Positions 38,101 through 53,000 of a DNA stretch of 64,000 nt are shown piece after piece (within the stretch, counting starts at the first letter, position 1; the number at the start of each line of letters is the position of its first letter). The position numbers were made by a program, and so were the translations under genes. Source of the stretch: Eledone cirrhosa (taxonomy: Eukaryota); contig OZ024741.1 of assembly GCA_964016885.1 (NCBI GenBank), positions 210,862,001-210,926,000 of the forward strand, read 5' to 3'. The notes under the pieces are model-generated. The model was given only the letters and a program-made list of their open reading frames with translations. It made no database searches and was not told the DNA's origin.

Positions 38101-41100
38101 CAGCCACAGTCCACTGTCTCAGCCACAGTCCACCTATCTCAACCACAGTCCACTGTCTCAGCCTCAGTCCACTGTCTCAGCCTCAGTTCACCTATCTCAA
38201 CCACAGTCCACTGTCTCAGCCTCAGTCCACTGTCTCAGCCACAGTCCACTGTCTCAGCCTCAGTCCACTGTCTCAGCCACAGTCCACCTATCTCAGCCAC
38301 AGTCCACTGTCTCAGCCACAGTCCACCTATCTAGGCCACAGTCCACTGTCTCAGCCTCAATCCACCTATCTCAGCCACAGTCCACTGTCTCAGCCTCAGT
38401 CCACTGTCTCAGCCACAGTCCGCCTATCTCACCCTCAGTCCACTGTCTCAGCCACAGTCCACCTATCTCAGCCTCAGTCCACCGTCTCAGCCACAGTCCA
38501 CTGTCTCAGCCACAGTCCACTGTCTCAGCCACAGTCCACTGTCTCAGCCTCAGTTCACCTATCTCAACCACAGTCCACTGTCTCAGCCTCAGTTCACCTA
38601 TCTCAACCACAGTCCACTGTCTCAGCCTCAGTCCAATGTCTCAGCCACAGTCCACTGTCTCAGCCTCAGTCCACTGTCTCAGCCACAGTCCACCTATCTC
38701 AGCCACAGTCCACTGTCTCAGCCACAGTCCACCTATCTCAGCCACAGTCCACTGTCTCAGCCTCAGTCCACCTATCTCAGCCACAGTCCACTGTCTCAGC
38801 CTCAGTCCACTGTCTCAGCCACAGTCCACCTATCTCAGCCTCAGTCCACCGTCTCAGCCTCAGTCCACCTATCTCAGCCACAGTCCACTGTCTCAACCAC
38901 AGTCCACTGTCTCAGCCTCAGTTCACCTATCTCAACCACAGTCCACTGTCTCAGCCTCAGTCCACTGTCTCAGCCACAGTCCACTGTCTCAGCCTCAGTC
39001 CACTGTCTCAGCCACAGTCCACCTATCTCAGCCACAGTCCACTGTCTCAGCCACAGTCCACCTATCTCAGCCACAGTCCACTGTCTCAGCCACAGTCCAC
39101 CTATCTCAACCACAGTCCACTGTCTCAGCCTCAGTCCACCTATCTCAGCCACAGTCCACTGTCTCAGCCTCAGTCCACTGTCTCAGCCACAGTCCGCCTA
39201 TCTCAGCCACAGTCCACCTATCTCACCCTCAGTCCACTGTCTCAGCCACAGTCCACCTATCTCAGCCTCAGTCCACTGTCTCAGCCTCAGTCCACTGTCT
39301 CAGCCTCAGTCCACCTATCTCAGCCACAGTCCACTGTCTCACCCTCAGTCCACCGTCTCAGCCACAGTCCACTGTCTCAGCCACAGTCCACTGTCTCAGC
39401 CACAGTCCACTGTCTCAGCCACAGTCCACTGTCTCAGCCTCAGTTCACCTATCTCAACCACAGTCCACTGTCTCAGCCTCAGTTCACCTATCTCAACCAC
39501 AGTCCACTGTCTCAGCCTCAGTCCACTGTCTCAGCCTCAGTTCACCTATCTCAACCACAGTCCACTGTCTCAGCCTCAGTCCACTGTCTCAGCCACAGTC
39601 CACTGTCTCAGCCACAGTCCACTGTCTCAGCCTCAGTCCACTGTCTCAGCCACAGTCCACTGTCTCAGTCTCAGTCCACTGTCTCAGCCTCAGTCCACCT
39701 ATCTCAGCCACAGTCCACTGTCTCAACCACAGTCCACTGTCTCAGCCTCAGTTCACCTATCTCAACCACAGTCCACTGTCTCAGCCTCAGTCCACTGTCT
39801 CAGCCACAGTCCACTGTCTCAGCCTCAGTCCACTGTCTCAGCCACAGTCCACCTATCTCAGCCACAGTCCACTGTCTCAGCCACAGTCCACCTATCTCAG
39901 CCACAGTCCACTGTCTCAGCCACAGTCCACCTATCTCAACCACAGTCCACTGTCTCAGCCTCAGTTCACCTATCTCAGCCACAGTCCACTGTCTCAGCCA
40001 CAGTCCACTGTCTCAGCCTCAGTCCACTGTCTCAGCCACAGTCCACTGTCTCAGTCTCAGTCCACTGTCTCAGCCTCAGTCCACCTATCTCAGCCACAGT
40101 CCACTGTCTCAACCACAGTCCACTGTCTCAGCCTCAGTTCACCTATCTCAACCACAGTCCACTGTCTCAGCCTCAGTCCACTGTCTCAGCCACAGTCCAC
40201 TGTCTCAGCCTCAGTCCACTGTCTCAGCCTCAGTCCACCTATCTCAGCCACAGTCCACTGTCTCAACCACAGTCCACTGTCTCAGCCTCAGTTCACCTAT
40301 CTCAACCACAGTCCACTGTCTCAGCCTCAGTCCACTGTCTCAGCCACAGTCCACTGTCTCAGCCTCAGTCCACTGTCTCAGCCACAGTCCACCTATCTCA
40401 GCCACAGTCCACTGTCTCAGCCACAGTCCACCTATCTCAGCCACAGTCCACTGTCTCAGCCACAGTCCACCTATCTCAACCACAGTCCACTGTCTCAGCC
40501 TCAGTCCACCTATCTCAGCCACAGTCCACTGTCTCAGCCTCAGTCCACTGTCTCAGCCACAGTCCGCCTATCTCAGCCACAGTCCACCTATCTCACCCTC
40601 AGTCCACTGTCTCAGCCACAGTCCACCTATCTCAGCCTCAGTCCACTGTCTCAGCCTCAGTCCACTGTCTCAGCCTCAGTCCACCTATCTCAGCCTCAGT
40701 CCACTGTCTCAGCCTCAGTCCACTGTCTCAGCCTCAGTCCACCTATCTCAGCCACAGTCCACTGTCTCACCCTCAGTCCACCGTCTCAGCCACAGTCCAC
40801 TGTCTCAGCCACAGTCCACTGTCTCAGCCACAGTCCACTGTCTCAGCCACAGTCCACTGTCTCAGCCTCAGTTCACCTATCTCAACCACAGTCCACTGTC
40901 TCAGCCTCAGTCCACTGTCTCAGCCTCAGTCCACCTAACTCAACCACAGTCCACTGTCTCAGCCTCAGTTCACCTATCTCAGCCACAGTCCACTGTCTCA
41001 GCCTCAGTCCACTGTCTCAGCCACAGTCCACTGTCTCAGCCTCAGTCCACTGTCTCAGCCTCAGTCCACCTATCTCAGCCACAGTCCACTGTCTCACCCT

Positions 41101-42439
41101 CAGTCCACCGTCTCAGCCACAGTCCACTGTCTCAGCCACAGTCCACTGTCTCAGCCACAGTCCACTGTCTCAGCCACAGTCCACTGTCTCAGCCTCAGTT
41201 CACCTATCTCAACCACAGTCCACTGTCTCAGCCTCAGTTCACCTATCTCAACCACAGTCCACTGTCTCAGCCTCAGTCCACTGTCTCAGCCTCAGTTCAC
41301 CTATCTCAACCACAGTCCACTGTCTCAGCCTCAGTCCACTGTCTCAGCCACAGTCCACTGTCTCAGCCACAGTCCACTGTCTCAGCCTCAGTCCACTGTC
41401 TCAGCCACAGTCCACTGTCTCAGTCTCAGTCCACTGTCTCAGCCTCAGTCCACCTATCTCAGCCACAGTCCACTGTCTCAACCACAGTCCACTGTCTCAG
41501 CCTCAGTTCACCTATCTCAACCACAGTCCACTGTCTCAGCCTCAGTCCACTGTCTCAGCCACAGTCCACTGTCTCAGCCTCAGTCCACTGTCTCAGCCAC
41601 AGTCCACCTATCTCAGCCACAGTCCACTGTCTCACCCTCAGTCCACCGTCTCAGCCACAGTCCACTGTCTCAGCCACAGTCCACTGTCTCAGCCACAGTC
41701 CACTGTCTCAGCCACAGTCCACTGTCTCAGCCTCAGTTCACCTATCTCAACCACAGTCCACTGTCTCAGCCTCAGTTCACCTATCTCAACCACAGTCCAC
41801 TGTCTCAGCCTCAGTCCACTGTCTCAGCCTCAGTTCACCTATCTCAACCACAGTCCACTGTCTCAGCCTCAGTCCACTGTCTCAGCCACAGTCCACTGTC
41901 TCAGCCACAGTCCACTGTCTCAGCCTCAGTCCACTGTCTCAGCCACAGTCCACTGTCTCAGTCTCAGTCCACTGTCTCAGCCTCAGTCCACCTATCTCAG
42001 CCACAGTCCACTGTCTCAACCACAGTCCACTGTCTCAGCCTCAGTTCACCTATCTCAACCACAGTCCACTGTCTCAGCCTCAGTCCACTGTCTCAGCCAC
42101 AGTCCACTGTCTCAGCCTCAGTCCACTGTCTCAGCCACAGTCCACCTATCTCAGCCACAGTCCACTGTCTCAGCCACAGTCCACCTATCTCAGCCACAGT
42201 CCACTGTCTCAGCCACAGTCCACCTATCTCAACCACAGTCCACTGTCTCAGCCTCAGTCCACCTATCTCAGCCACAGTCCACTGTCTCAGCCTCAGTCCA
42301 CTGTCTCAGCCACAGTCCGCCTATCTCAGCCACAGTCCACCTATCTCACCCTCAGTCCACTGTCTCAGCCACAGTCCACCTATCTCAGCCTCAGTCCACT
42401 GTCTCAGCCTCAGTCCACTGTCTCAGCCTCAGTCCACCT

Positions 42440-45430
42440 ATCTCAGCCTCAGTCCACTGTCTCAGCCTCAGTCCACTGTCTCAGCCTCAGTCCACCTATC
42501 TCAGCCACAGTCCACTGTCTCACCCTCAGTCCACCGTCTCAGCCACAGTCCACTGTCTCAGCCACAGTCCACTGTCTCAGCCACAGTCCACTGTCTCAGC
42601 CACAGTCCACTGTCTCAGCCTCAGTTCACCTATCTCAACCACAGTCCACTGTCTCAGCCTCAGTTCACCTATCTCAACCACAGTCCACTGTCTCAGCCTC
42701 AGTCCACTGTCTCAGCCTCAGTTCACCTATCTCAACCACAGTCCACTGTCTCAGCCTCAGTCCACTGTCTCAGCCACAGTCCACTGTCTCAGCCACAGTC
42801 CACTGTCTCAGCCTCAGTCCACTGTCTCAGCCACAGTCCACTGTCTCAGTCTCAGTCCACTGTCTCAGCCTCAGTCCACCTATCTCAGCCACAGTCCACT
42901 GTCTCAACCACAGTCCACTGTCTCAGCCTCAGTTCACCTATCTCAACCACAGTCCACTGTCTCAGCCTCAGTCCACTGTCTCAGCCACAGTCCACTGTCT
43001 CAGCCTCAGTCCACTGTCTCAGCCACAGTCCACCTATCTCAGCCACAGTCCACTGTCTCAGCCACAGTCCACCTATCTCAGCCACAGTCCACTGTCTCAG
43101 CCACAGTCCACCTATCTCAACCACAGTCCACTGTCTCAGCCTCAGTTCACCTATCTCAGCCACAGTCCACTGTCTCAGCCTCAGTCCACTGTCTCAGCCA
43201 CAGTCCACCTATCTCAGCCACAGTCCACTGTCTCAGCCACAGTCCACCTATCTCAGCCACAGTCCACCTATCTCAGCCACAGTCCACTGTCTCAGCCACA
43301 GTCCACCTATCTCAGCCACAGTCCACCTATCTCAGCCACAGTCCACTGTCTCAGCCACAGTCCACCTATCTCAGTCTCAGTCCACTGTCTCAGCCACAGT
43401 CCACTGTCTCAGTCTCAGTCCACCTATCTCAGTCTCAGTCCACTGTCACAGCCACAGTCCACTGTCTCAGTCTCAGTCCACCTATCTCAGTCTCAGTCCA
43501 CTGTCTCAGCCACAGTCCACCTATCTCAGCCACAGTCCACTGTCTCAGTCTCAGTCCACCTATCTCAGTCCCAGTCCACTGTCTCAGCCACAGTCCACTG
43601 TCTCAGTCTCAGTCCACCTATCTCAGCCACAGTCCACTGTCTCAGCCTCAGTCCACTGTCTCAGCCACAGTCCACTGTCTCAGCCTCAGTCCACTGTCTC
43701 AGCCTCAGTCCACCTAACTCAACCACAGTCCACTGTCTCAGCCTCAGTTCACCTATCTCAGCCACAGTCCACTGTCTCAGCCTCAGTCCACTGTCTCAGC
43801 CACAGTCCACTGTCTCAGCCTCAGTCCACTGTCTCAGCCTCAGTCCACCTATCTCAACCACAGTCCACTGTCTCAGCCTCAGTCCACTGTCTCAGCCTCA
43901 GTCCACCTAACTCAACCACAGTCCACTGTCTCAGCCTCAGTTCACCTATCTCAGCCACAGTCCACTGTCTCAGCCTCAGTCCACTGTCTCAGCCACAGTC
44001 CACTGTCTCAGCCTCAGTCCACTGTCTCAGCCTCAGTCCACCTATCTCAGCCACAGTCCACTGTCTCACCCTCAGTCCACCGTCTCAGCCACAGTCCACT
44101 GTCTCAGCCACAGTCCACTGTCTCAGCCACAGTCCACTGTCTCAGCCACAGTCCACTGTCTCAGCCTCAGTTCACCTATCTCAACCACAGTCCACTGTCT
44201 CAGCCTCAGTTCACCTATCTCAACCACAGTCCACTGTCTCAGCCTCAGTCCACTGTCTCAGCCTCAGTTCACCTATCTCAACCACAGTCCACTGTCTCAG
44301 CCTCAGTCCACTGTCTCAGCCACAGTCCACTGTCTCAGCCACAGTCCACTGTCTCAGCCTCAGTCCACTGTCTCAGCCACAGTCCACTGTCTCAGTCTCA
44401 GTCCACTGTCTCAGCCTCAGTCCACCTATCTCAGCCACAGTCCACTGTCTCAACCACAGTCCACTGTCTCAGCCTCAGTTCACCTATCTCAACCACAGTC
44501 CACTGTCTCAGCCTCAGTCCACTGTCTCAGCCACAGTCCACTGTCTCAGCCTCAGTCCACTGTCTCAGCCACAGTCCACCTATCTCAGCCACAGTCCACT
44601 GTCTCAGCCACAGTCCACCTATCTCAGCCACAGTCCACTGTCTCAGCCACAGTCCACCTATCTCAACCACAGTCCACTGTCTCAGCCTCAGTTCACCTAT
44701 CTCAGCCACAGTCCACTGTCTCAGCCTCAGTCCACTGTCTCAGCCACAGTCCACCTATCTCAGCCACAGTCCACTGTCTCAGCCACAGTCCACCTATCTC
44801 AGCCACAGTCCACCTATCTCAGCCACAGTCCACTGTCTCAGCCACAGTCCACCTATCTCAGCCACAGTCCACCTATCTCAGCCACAGTCCACTGTCTCAG
44901 CCACAGTCCACCTATCTCAGTCTCAGTCCACTGTCTCAGCCACAGTCCACTGTCTCAGTCTCAGTCCACCTATCTCAGTCTCAGTCCACTGTCACAGCCA
45001 CAGTCCACTGTCTCAGTCTCAGTCCACCTATCTCAGTCTCAGTCCACTGTCTCAGCCACAGTCCACCTATCTCAGCCACAGTCCACTGTCTCAGTCTCAG
45101 TCCACCTATCTCAGTCCCAGTCCACTGTCTCAGCCACAGTCCACTGTCTCAGTCTCAGTCCACCTATCTCAGCCACAGTCCACTGTCTCAGCCTCCGTCC
45201 ACTGTCTCAGCCACAGTCCACTGTCTCAGCCTCAGTCCACTGTCTCAGCCTCAGTCCACCTAACTCAACCACAGTCCACTGTCTCAGCCTCAGTTCACCT
45301 ATCTCAGCCACAGTCCACTGTCTCAGCCTCAGTCCACTGTCTCAGCCACAGTCCACTGTCTCAGCCTCAGTCCACTGTCTCAGCCTCAGTCCACCTATCT
45401 CAACCACAGTCCACTGTCTCAGCCTCAGTC
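42440..45430 (+). repeat. Tandem duplication, offset 1546 bp
   Basis: TCTCACCCTC 42518/44064, TCAGTCCCAG 43565/45111, TAACTCAACC 43715/45261, - strand ORFs 42981/44527. Ends approximate. Confidence 0.88.
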
Positions 45431-48400
45431 CACCTATCTCAACCACAGTCCACCTATCTCAGCCACAGTCCACTGTCTCAGCCTCAGTCCACTGTCTCAG
45501 CCACAGTCCACCTATCTCAGCCACAGTCCACTGTCTCAGCCACAGTCCACTGTCTCAGTCTCAGTCCACCTATCTTAGCCACAGTCCACTGTCTCAGCCA
45601 CAGTCCACCTATCTCAGCCACAGTCCACCTATCTCAGCCACAGTCCACTGTCTCAGCCACAGTCCACCTATCTCAGTCTCAGTCCACTGTCTCAGCCACA
45701 GTCCACTGTCTCAGTCTCAGTCCACCTATCTCAGCCACAGTCCACTGTCTCAGCCACAGTCCACCTATCTCAGCCACAGTCCACCTATCTCAGCCACAGT
45801 CCACCTATCTCACCCTCAGTCCACTGTCTCAGCCACAGTCCACCTATCTCAGCCTCAGTCCACTGTCTCAGCCTCAGTCCACTGTCTCAGCCTCAGTCCA
45901 CCTATCTCAGCCTCAGTCCACTGTCTCAGCCTCAGTCCACTGTCTCAGCCTCAGTCCACCTATCTCAGCCACAGTCCACTGTCTCACCCTCAGTCCACCG
46001 TCTCAGCCACAGTCCACTGTCTCAGCCACAGTCCACTGTCTCAGCCACAGTCCACTGTCTCAGCCACAGTCCACTGTCTCAGCCTCAGTTCACCTATCTC
46101 AACCACAGTCCACTGTCTCAGCCTCAGTTCACCTATCTCAACCACAGTCCACTGTCTCAGCCTCAGTCCACTGTCTCAGCCTCAGTTCACCTATCTCAAC
46201 CACAGTCCACTGTCTCAGCCTCAGTCCACTGTCTCAGCCACAGTCCACTGTCTTAGCCACAGTCCACTGTCTCAGCCTCAGTCCACTGTCTCAGCCACAG
46301 TCCACTGTCTCAGTCTCAGTCCACTGTCTCAGCCTCAGTCCACCTATCTCAGCCACAGTCCACTGTCTCAACCACAGTCCACTGTCTCAGCCTCAGTTCA
46401 CCTATCTCAACCACAGTCCACTGTCTCAGCCTCAGTCCACTGTCTCAGCCACAGTCCACTGTCTCAGCCTCAGTCCACTGTCTCAGCCACAGTCCACCTA
46501 TCTCAGCCACAGTCCACTGTCTCAGCCACAGTCCACCTATCTCAGCCACAGTCCACTGTCTCAGCCACAGTCCACCTATCTCAACCACAGTCCACTGTCT
46601 CAGCCTCAGTTCACCTATCTCAGCCACAGTCCACTGTCTCAGCCTCAGTCCACTGTCTCAGCCACAGTCCACCTATCTCCGCCACAGTCCACTGTCTCAG
46701 CCACAGTCCACCTATCTCAGCCACAGTCCACCTATCTCAGCCACAGTCCACTGTCTCAGCCACAGTCCACCTATCTCAGCCACAGTCCACCTATCTCAGC
46801 CACAGTCCACTGTCTCAGCCACAGTCCACCTATCTCAGTCTCAGTCCACTGTCACAGCCACAGTCCACTGTCTCAGTCTCAGTCCACCTATCTCAGTCTC
46901 AGTCCACTGTCTCAGCCACAGTCCACCTATCTCAGCCACAGTCCACTGTCTCAGTCTCAGTCCACCTATCTCAGTCTCAGTCCACTGTCTCAGCCACAGG
47001 CCACTGTCTCAGTCTCAGTCCACCTATCTCAGCCACTGTCCACTGTCTCAGCCTCAGTCCACTGTCTCAGCCACAGTCCACTGTCTCAGCCTCAGTCCAC
47101 TGTCTCAGCCTCAGTCCACCTATCTCAACCACAGTCCACTGTCTCAGCCTCAGTTCACCTATCTCAGCCACAGTCCACTGTCTCAGCCTCAGTCCACTGT
47201 CTCAGCCACAGTCCACTGTCTCAGCCTCAGTCCACTGTCTCAGCCTCAGTCCACCTATCTCAACCACAGTCCACTGTCTCAGCCACAGTCCACCTATCTC
47301 AGCCACAGTCCACTGTCTCAGCCTCAGTCCACTGTCTCAGCCACAGTCCACCTATCTCAGCCACAGTCCACTGTCTCAGCCACAGTCCACTGTCTCAGTC
47401 TCAGTCCACCTATCTCAGCCACAGTCCACTGTCTCAGCCACAGTCCACCTATCTCAGCCACAGTCCACCTATCTCAGCCACAGTCCACTGTCTCAGCCAC
47501 AGTCCACCTATCTCAGTCTCAGTCCACTGTCTCAGCCACAGTCCACTGTCTCAGTCTCAGTCCACCTATCTCAGCCACAGTCCACTGTCTCAGCCACAGT
47601 CCACCTATCTCAGCCACAGTCCACTGTCTCAGCCACATTCCACCTATCTCAGTCTCAGTCCACTGTCTCAGCCACAGTCCACTGTCTCAGTCTCAGTCCA
47701 CCTATCTCAGCCACAGTCCACTGTCTCAGCCACAGTCCACCTATCTCAGCCACAGTCCACCTATCTCAGCCACAGTCCACCTATCTCACCCTCAGTCCAC
47801 TGTCTCAGCCACAGTCCACCTATCTCAGCCTCAGTCCACTGTCTCAGCCTCAGTCCACTGTCTCAGCCTCAGTCCACCTATCTCAGCCTCAGTCCACTGT
47901 CTCAGCCTCAGTCCACTGTCTCAGCCTCAGTCCACCTATCTCAGCCACAGTCCACTGTCTCACCCTCAGTCCACCGTCTCAGCCACAGTCCACTGTCTCA
48001 GCCACAGTCCACTGTCTCAGCCACAGTCCACTGTCTCAGCCACAGTCCACTGTCTCAGCCTCAGTTCACCTATCTCAACCACAGTCCACTGTCTCAGCCT
48101 CAGTTCACCTATCTCAACCACAGTCCACTGTCTCAGCCTCAGTCCACTGTCTCAGCCTCAGTTCACCTATCTCAACCACAGTCCACTGTCTCAGCCTCAG
48201 TCCACTGTCTCAGCCACAGTCCACTGTCTCAGCCACAGTCCACTGTCTCAGCCTCAGTCCACTGTCTCAGCCACAGTCCACTGTCTCAGTCTCAGTCCAC
48301 TGTCTCAGCCTCAGTCCACCTATCTCAGCCACAGTCCACTGTCTCAACCACAGTCCACTGTCTCAGCCTCAGTTCACCTATCTCAACCACAGTCCACTGT

Positions 48401-50049
48401 CTCAGCCTCAGTCCACTGTCTCAGCCACAGTCCACTGTCTCAGCCTCAGTCCACTGTCTCAGCCACAGTCCACCTATCTCAGCCACAGTCCACTGTCTCA
48501 GCCACAGTCCACCTATCTCAGCCACAGTCCACTGTCTCAGCCACAGTCCACCTATCTCAACCACAGTCCACTGTCTCAGCCTCAGTTCACCTATCTCAGC
48601 CACAGTCCACTGTCTCAGCCTCAGTCCACTGTCTCAGCCACAGTCCACCTATCTCAACCACAGTCCACTGTCTCAGCCACAGTCCACCTATCTCAGCCAC
48701 AGTCCACCTATCTCAGCCACAGTCCACCTATCTCAGCCACAGTCCACCTATCTCAGCCACAGTCCACCTATCTCAGCCACAGTCCACTGTCTCAGCCACA
48801 GTCCACCTATCTCAGTCTCAGTCCACTGTCTCAGCCACAGTCCACTGTCTCAGTCTCAGTCCACCTATCTCAGTCTCAGTCCACTGTCTCAGCCACAGTC
48901 CACCTATCTCAGCCACAGTCCACTGTCTCAGTCTCAGTCCACCTATCTCAGTCTCAGTCCACTGTCTCAGCCACAGTCCACTGTCTCAGTCTCAGTCCAC
49001 CTCTCTCAGCCACAGTCCACTGTCTCAGCCTCAGTCCACTGTCTCAGCCACAGTCCACTGTCTCAGCCTCAGTCCACTGTCTCAGCCTCAGTCCACCTAT
49101 CTCAACCACAGTCCACTGTCTCAGCCTCAGTCCACTGTCTCAGCCTCAATCCACTGTCTCAGCCTCAGTCCACCTATCTCAACCACAGTCCACTGTCTCA
49201 GCCTCAGTCCACTGTCTCAGCCACAGTCCACTGTCTCAGCCTCAGTCCACTGTCTCAGCCTCAGTCCACTGTCTCAGTCTCAGTCCACCTATCTCAGCCA
49301 CAGTCCACTGTCTCAGCCACAGTCCACCTATCTCAGCCACAGTCCACTGTCTCAGCCACAGTCCACTGTCTCAACCACAGTCCACTGTCTCAGCCTCAGT
49401 TCACCTATCTCAACCACAGTCCACTGTCTCAGCCTCAGTCCACTGTCTCAGCCACAGTCCACTGTCTCAGCCTCAGTCCACTGTCTCAGCCACAGTCCAC
49501 CTATCTCAGCCACAGTCCACTGTCTCAGCCACAGTCCACCTATCTCAGCCACAGTCCACTGTCTCAGCCACAGTCCACCTATCTCAACCACAGTCCACTG
49601 TCTCAGCCTCAGTTCACCTATCTCAGCCACAGTCCACTGTCTCAGCCACAGTCCACCTATCTCAGCCACAGTCCACCTATCTCAGCCACAGTCCACTGTC
49701 TCAGCCACAGTCCACCTATCTCAGCCACAGTCCACCTATCTCAGCCACAGTCCACTGTCTCAGCCACAGTCCACCTATCTCAGTCTCAGTCCACTGTCTC
49801 AGCCACAGTCCACCTATCTCAGTCTCAGTCCACTGTCTCAGCCACAGTCCACTGTCTCAGTCTCAGTCCACCTATCTCAGTCTCAGTCCACTGTCACAGC
49901 CACAGTCCACTGTCTCAGTCTCAGTCCACCTATCTCAGTCTCAGTCCACTGTCTCAGCCACAGTCCACCTATCTCAGCCACAGTCCACTGTCTCAGTCTC
50001 AGTCCACCTATCTCAGTCTCAGTCCACTGTCTCAGCCACAGTCCACTGT

Positions 50050-53000
50050 CTCAGTCTCAGTCCACCTATCTCAGCCACTGTCCACTGTCTCAGCCTCAGT
50101 CCACTGTCTCAGCCACAGTCCACTGTCTCAGCCTCAGTCCACTGTCTCAGCCTCAGTCCACCTATCTCAACCACAGTCCACTGTCTCAGCCTCAGTTCAC
50201 CTATCTCAGCCACAGTCCACTGTCTCAGCCTCAGTCCACTGTCTCAGCCACAGTCCACTGTCTCAGCCTCAGTCCACTGTCTCAGCCTCAGTCCACCTAT
50301 CTCAACCACAGTCCACTGTCTCAGCCACAGTCCACCTATCTCAGCCACAGTCCACTGTCTCAGCCTCAGTCCACTGTCTCAGCCACAGTCCACCTATCTC
50401 AGCCACAGTCCACTGTCTCAGCCACAGTCCACTGTCTCAGTCTCAGTCCACCTATCTCAGCCACAGTCCACTGTCTCAGCCACAGTCCACCTATCTCAGC
50501 CACAGTCCACCTATCTCAGCCACAGTCCACTGTCTCAGCCACAGTCCACCTATCTCAGTCTCAGTCCACTGTCTCAGCCACAGTCCACTGTCTCAGTCTC
50601 AGTCCACCTATCTCAGCCACAGTCCACTGTCTCAGCCACAGTCCACCTATCTCAGCCACAGTCCACTGTCTCAGCCACATTCCACCTATCTCAGTCTCAG
50701 TCCACTGTCTCAGCCACAGTCCACTGTCTCAGTCTCAGTCCACCTATCTCAGCCACAGTCCACTGTCTCAGCCACAGTCCACCTATCTCAGCCACAGTCC
50801 ACCTATCTCAGCCACAGTCCACCTATCTCACCCTCAGTCCACTGTCTCAGCCACAGTCCACCTATCTCAGCCTCAGTCCACTGTCTCAGCCTCAGTCCAC
50901 TGTCTCAGCCTCAGTCCACCTATCTCAGCCTCAGTCCACTGTCTCAGCCTCAGTCCACTGTCTCAGCCTCAGTCCACCTATCTCAGCCACAGTCCACTGT
51001 CTCACCCTCAGTCCACCGTCTCAGCCACAGTCCACTGTCTCAGCCACAGTCCACTGTCTCAGCCACAGTCCACTGTCTCAGCCACAGTCCACTGTCTCAG
51101 CCTCAGTTCACCTATCTCAACCACAGTCCACTGTCTCAGCCTCAGTTCACCTATCTCAACCACAGTCCACTGTCTCAGCCTCAGTCCACTGTCTCAGCCT
51201 CAGTTCACCTATCTCAACCACAGTCCACTGTCTCAGCCTCAGTCCACTGTCTCAGCCACAGTCCACTGTCTCAGCCACAGTCCACTGTCTCAGCCTCAGT
51301 CCACTGTCTCAGCCACAGTCCACTGTCTCAGTCTCAGTCCACTGTCTCAGCCTCAGTCCACCTATCTCAGCCACAGTCCACTGTCTCAACCACAGTCCAC
51401 TGTCTCAGCCTCAGTTCACCTATCTCAACCACAGTCCACTGTCTCAGCCTCAGTCCACTGTCTCAGCCACAGTCCACTGTCTCAGCCTCAGTCCACTGTC
51501 TCAGCCACAGTCCACCTATCTCAGCCACAGTCCACTGTCTCAGCCACAGTCCACCTATCTCAGCCACAGTCCACTGTCTCAGCCACAGTCCACCTATCTC
51601 AGCCACAGTCCACCTATCTCAGCCACAGTCCACTGTCTCAGCCACAGTCCACCTATCTCAGTCTCAGTCCACTGTCTCAGCCACAGTCCACTGTCTCAGT
51701 CTCAGTACACCTATCTCAGTCTCAGTCCACTGTCACAGCCACAGTCCACTGTCTCAGTCTCAGTCCACCTATCTCAGTCTCAGTCCACTGTCTCAGCCAC
51801 AGTCCACCTATCTCAGCCACAGTCCACTGTCTCAGTCTCAGTCCACTGTCTCAGCCTCAGTCCACCTATCTCAACCACAGTCCACTGTCTCAGCCTCAGT
51901 TCACCTATCTCAGCCACAGTCCACTGTCTCAGCCTCAGTCCACTGTCTCAGCCACAGTCCACTGTCTCAGCCTCAGTCCACTGTCTCAGCCTCAGTCCAC
52001 CTATCTCAACCACAGTCCACTGTCTCAGCCACAGTCCACCTATCTCAGCCACAGTCCACTGTCTCAGCCTCAGTCCACTGTCTCAGCCACAGTCCACCTA
52101 TCTCAGCCACAGTCCACTGTCTCAGCCACAGTCCACTGTCTCAGTCTCAGTCCACCTATCTCAGCCACAGTCCACTGTCTCAGCCACAGTCCACCTATCT
52201 CAGCCACAGTCCACCTATCTCAGCCACAGTCCACTGTCTCAGCCACAGTCCACCTATCTCAGTCTCAGTCCACTGTCTCAGCCACAGTCCACTGTCTCAG
52301 TCTCAGTCCACCTATCTCAGCCACAGTCCACTGTCTCAGCCACAGTCCACCTATCTCAGCCACAGTCCACTGTCTCAGCCACATTCCACCTATCTCAGTC
52401 TCAGTCCACTGTCTCAGCCACAGTCCACTGTCTCAGTCTCAGTCCACCTATCTCAGCCACAGTCCACTGTCTCAGCCACAGTCCACCTATCTCAGCCACA
52501 GTCCACCTATCTCAGCCACAGTCCACCTATCTCACCCTCAGTCCACTGTCTCAGCCACAGTCCACCTATCTCAGCCTCAGTCCACTGTCTCAGCCTCAGT
52601 CCACTGTCTCAGCCTCAGTCCACCTATCTCAGCCTCAGTCCACTGTCTCAGCCTCAGTCCACTGTCTCAGCCTCAGTCCACCTATCTCAGCCACAGTCCA
52701 CTGTCTCACCCTCAGTCCACCGTCTCAGCCACAGTCCACTGTCTCAGCCACAGTCCACTGTCTCAGCCACAGTCCACTGTCTCAGCCACAGTCCACTGTC
52801 TCAGCCTCAGTTCACCTATCTCAACCACAGTCCACTGTCTCAGCCTCAGTTCACCTATCTCAACCACAGTCCACTGTCTCAGCCTCAGTCCACTGTCTCA
52901 GCCTCAGTTCACCTATCTCAACCACAGTCCACTGTCTCAGCCTCAGTCCACTGTCTCAGCCACAGTCCACTGTCTCAGCCACAGTCCACTGTCTCAGCCT

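Noticed and set aside
36194-43910. 2507-aa and 2267-aa overlapping ORFs
   Set aside because: Same artefact. Both end at the CCTAACTC variant and show no codon-level constraint.
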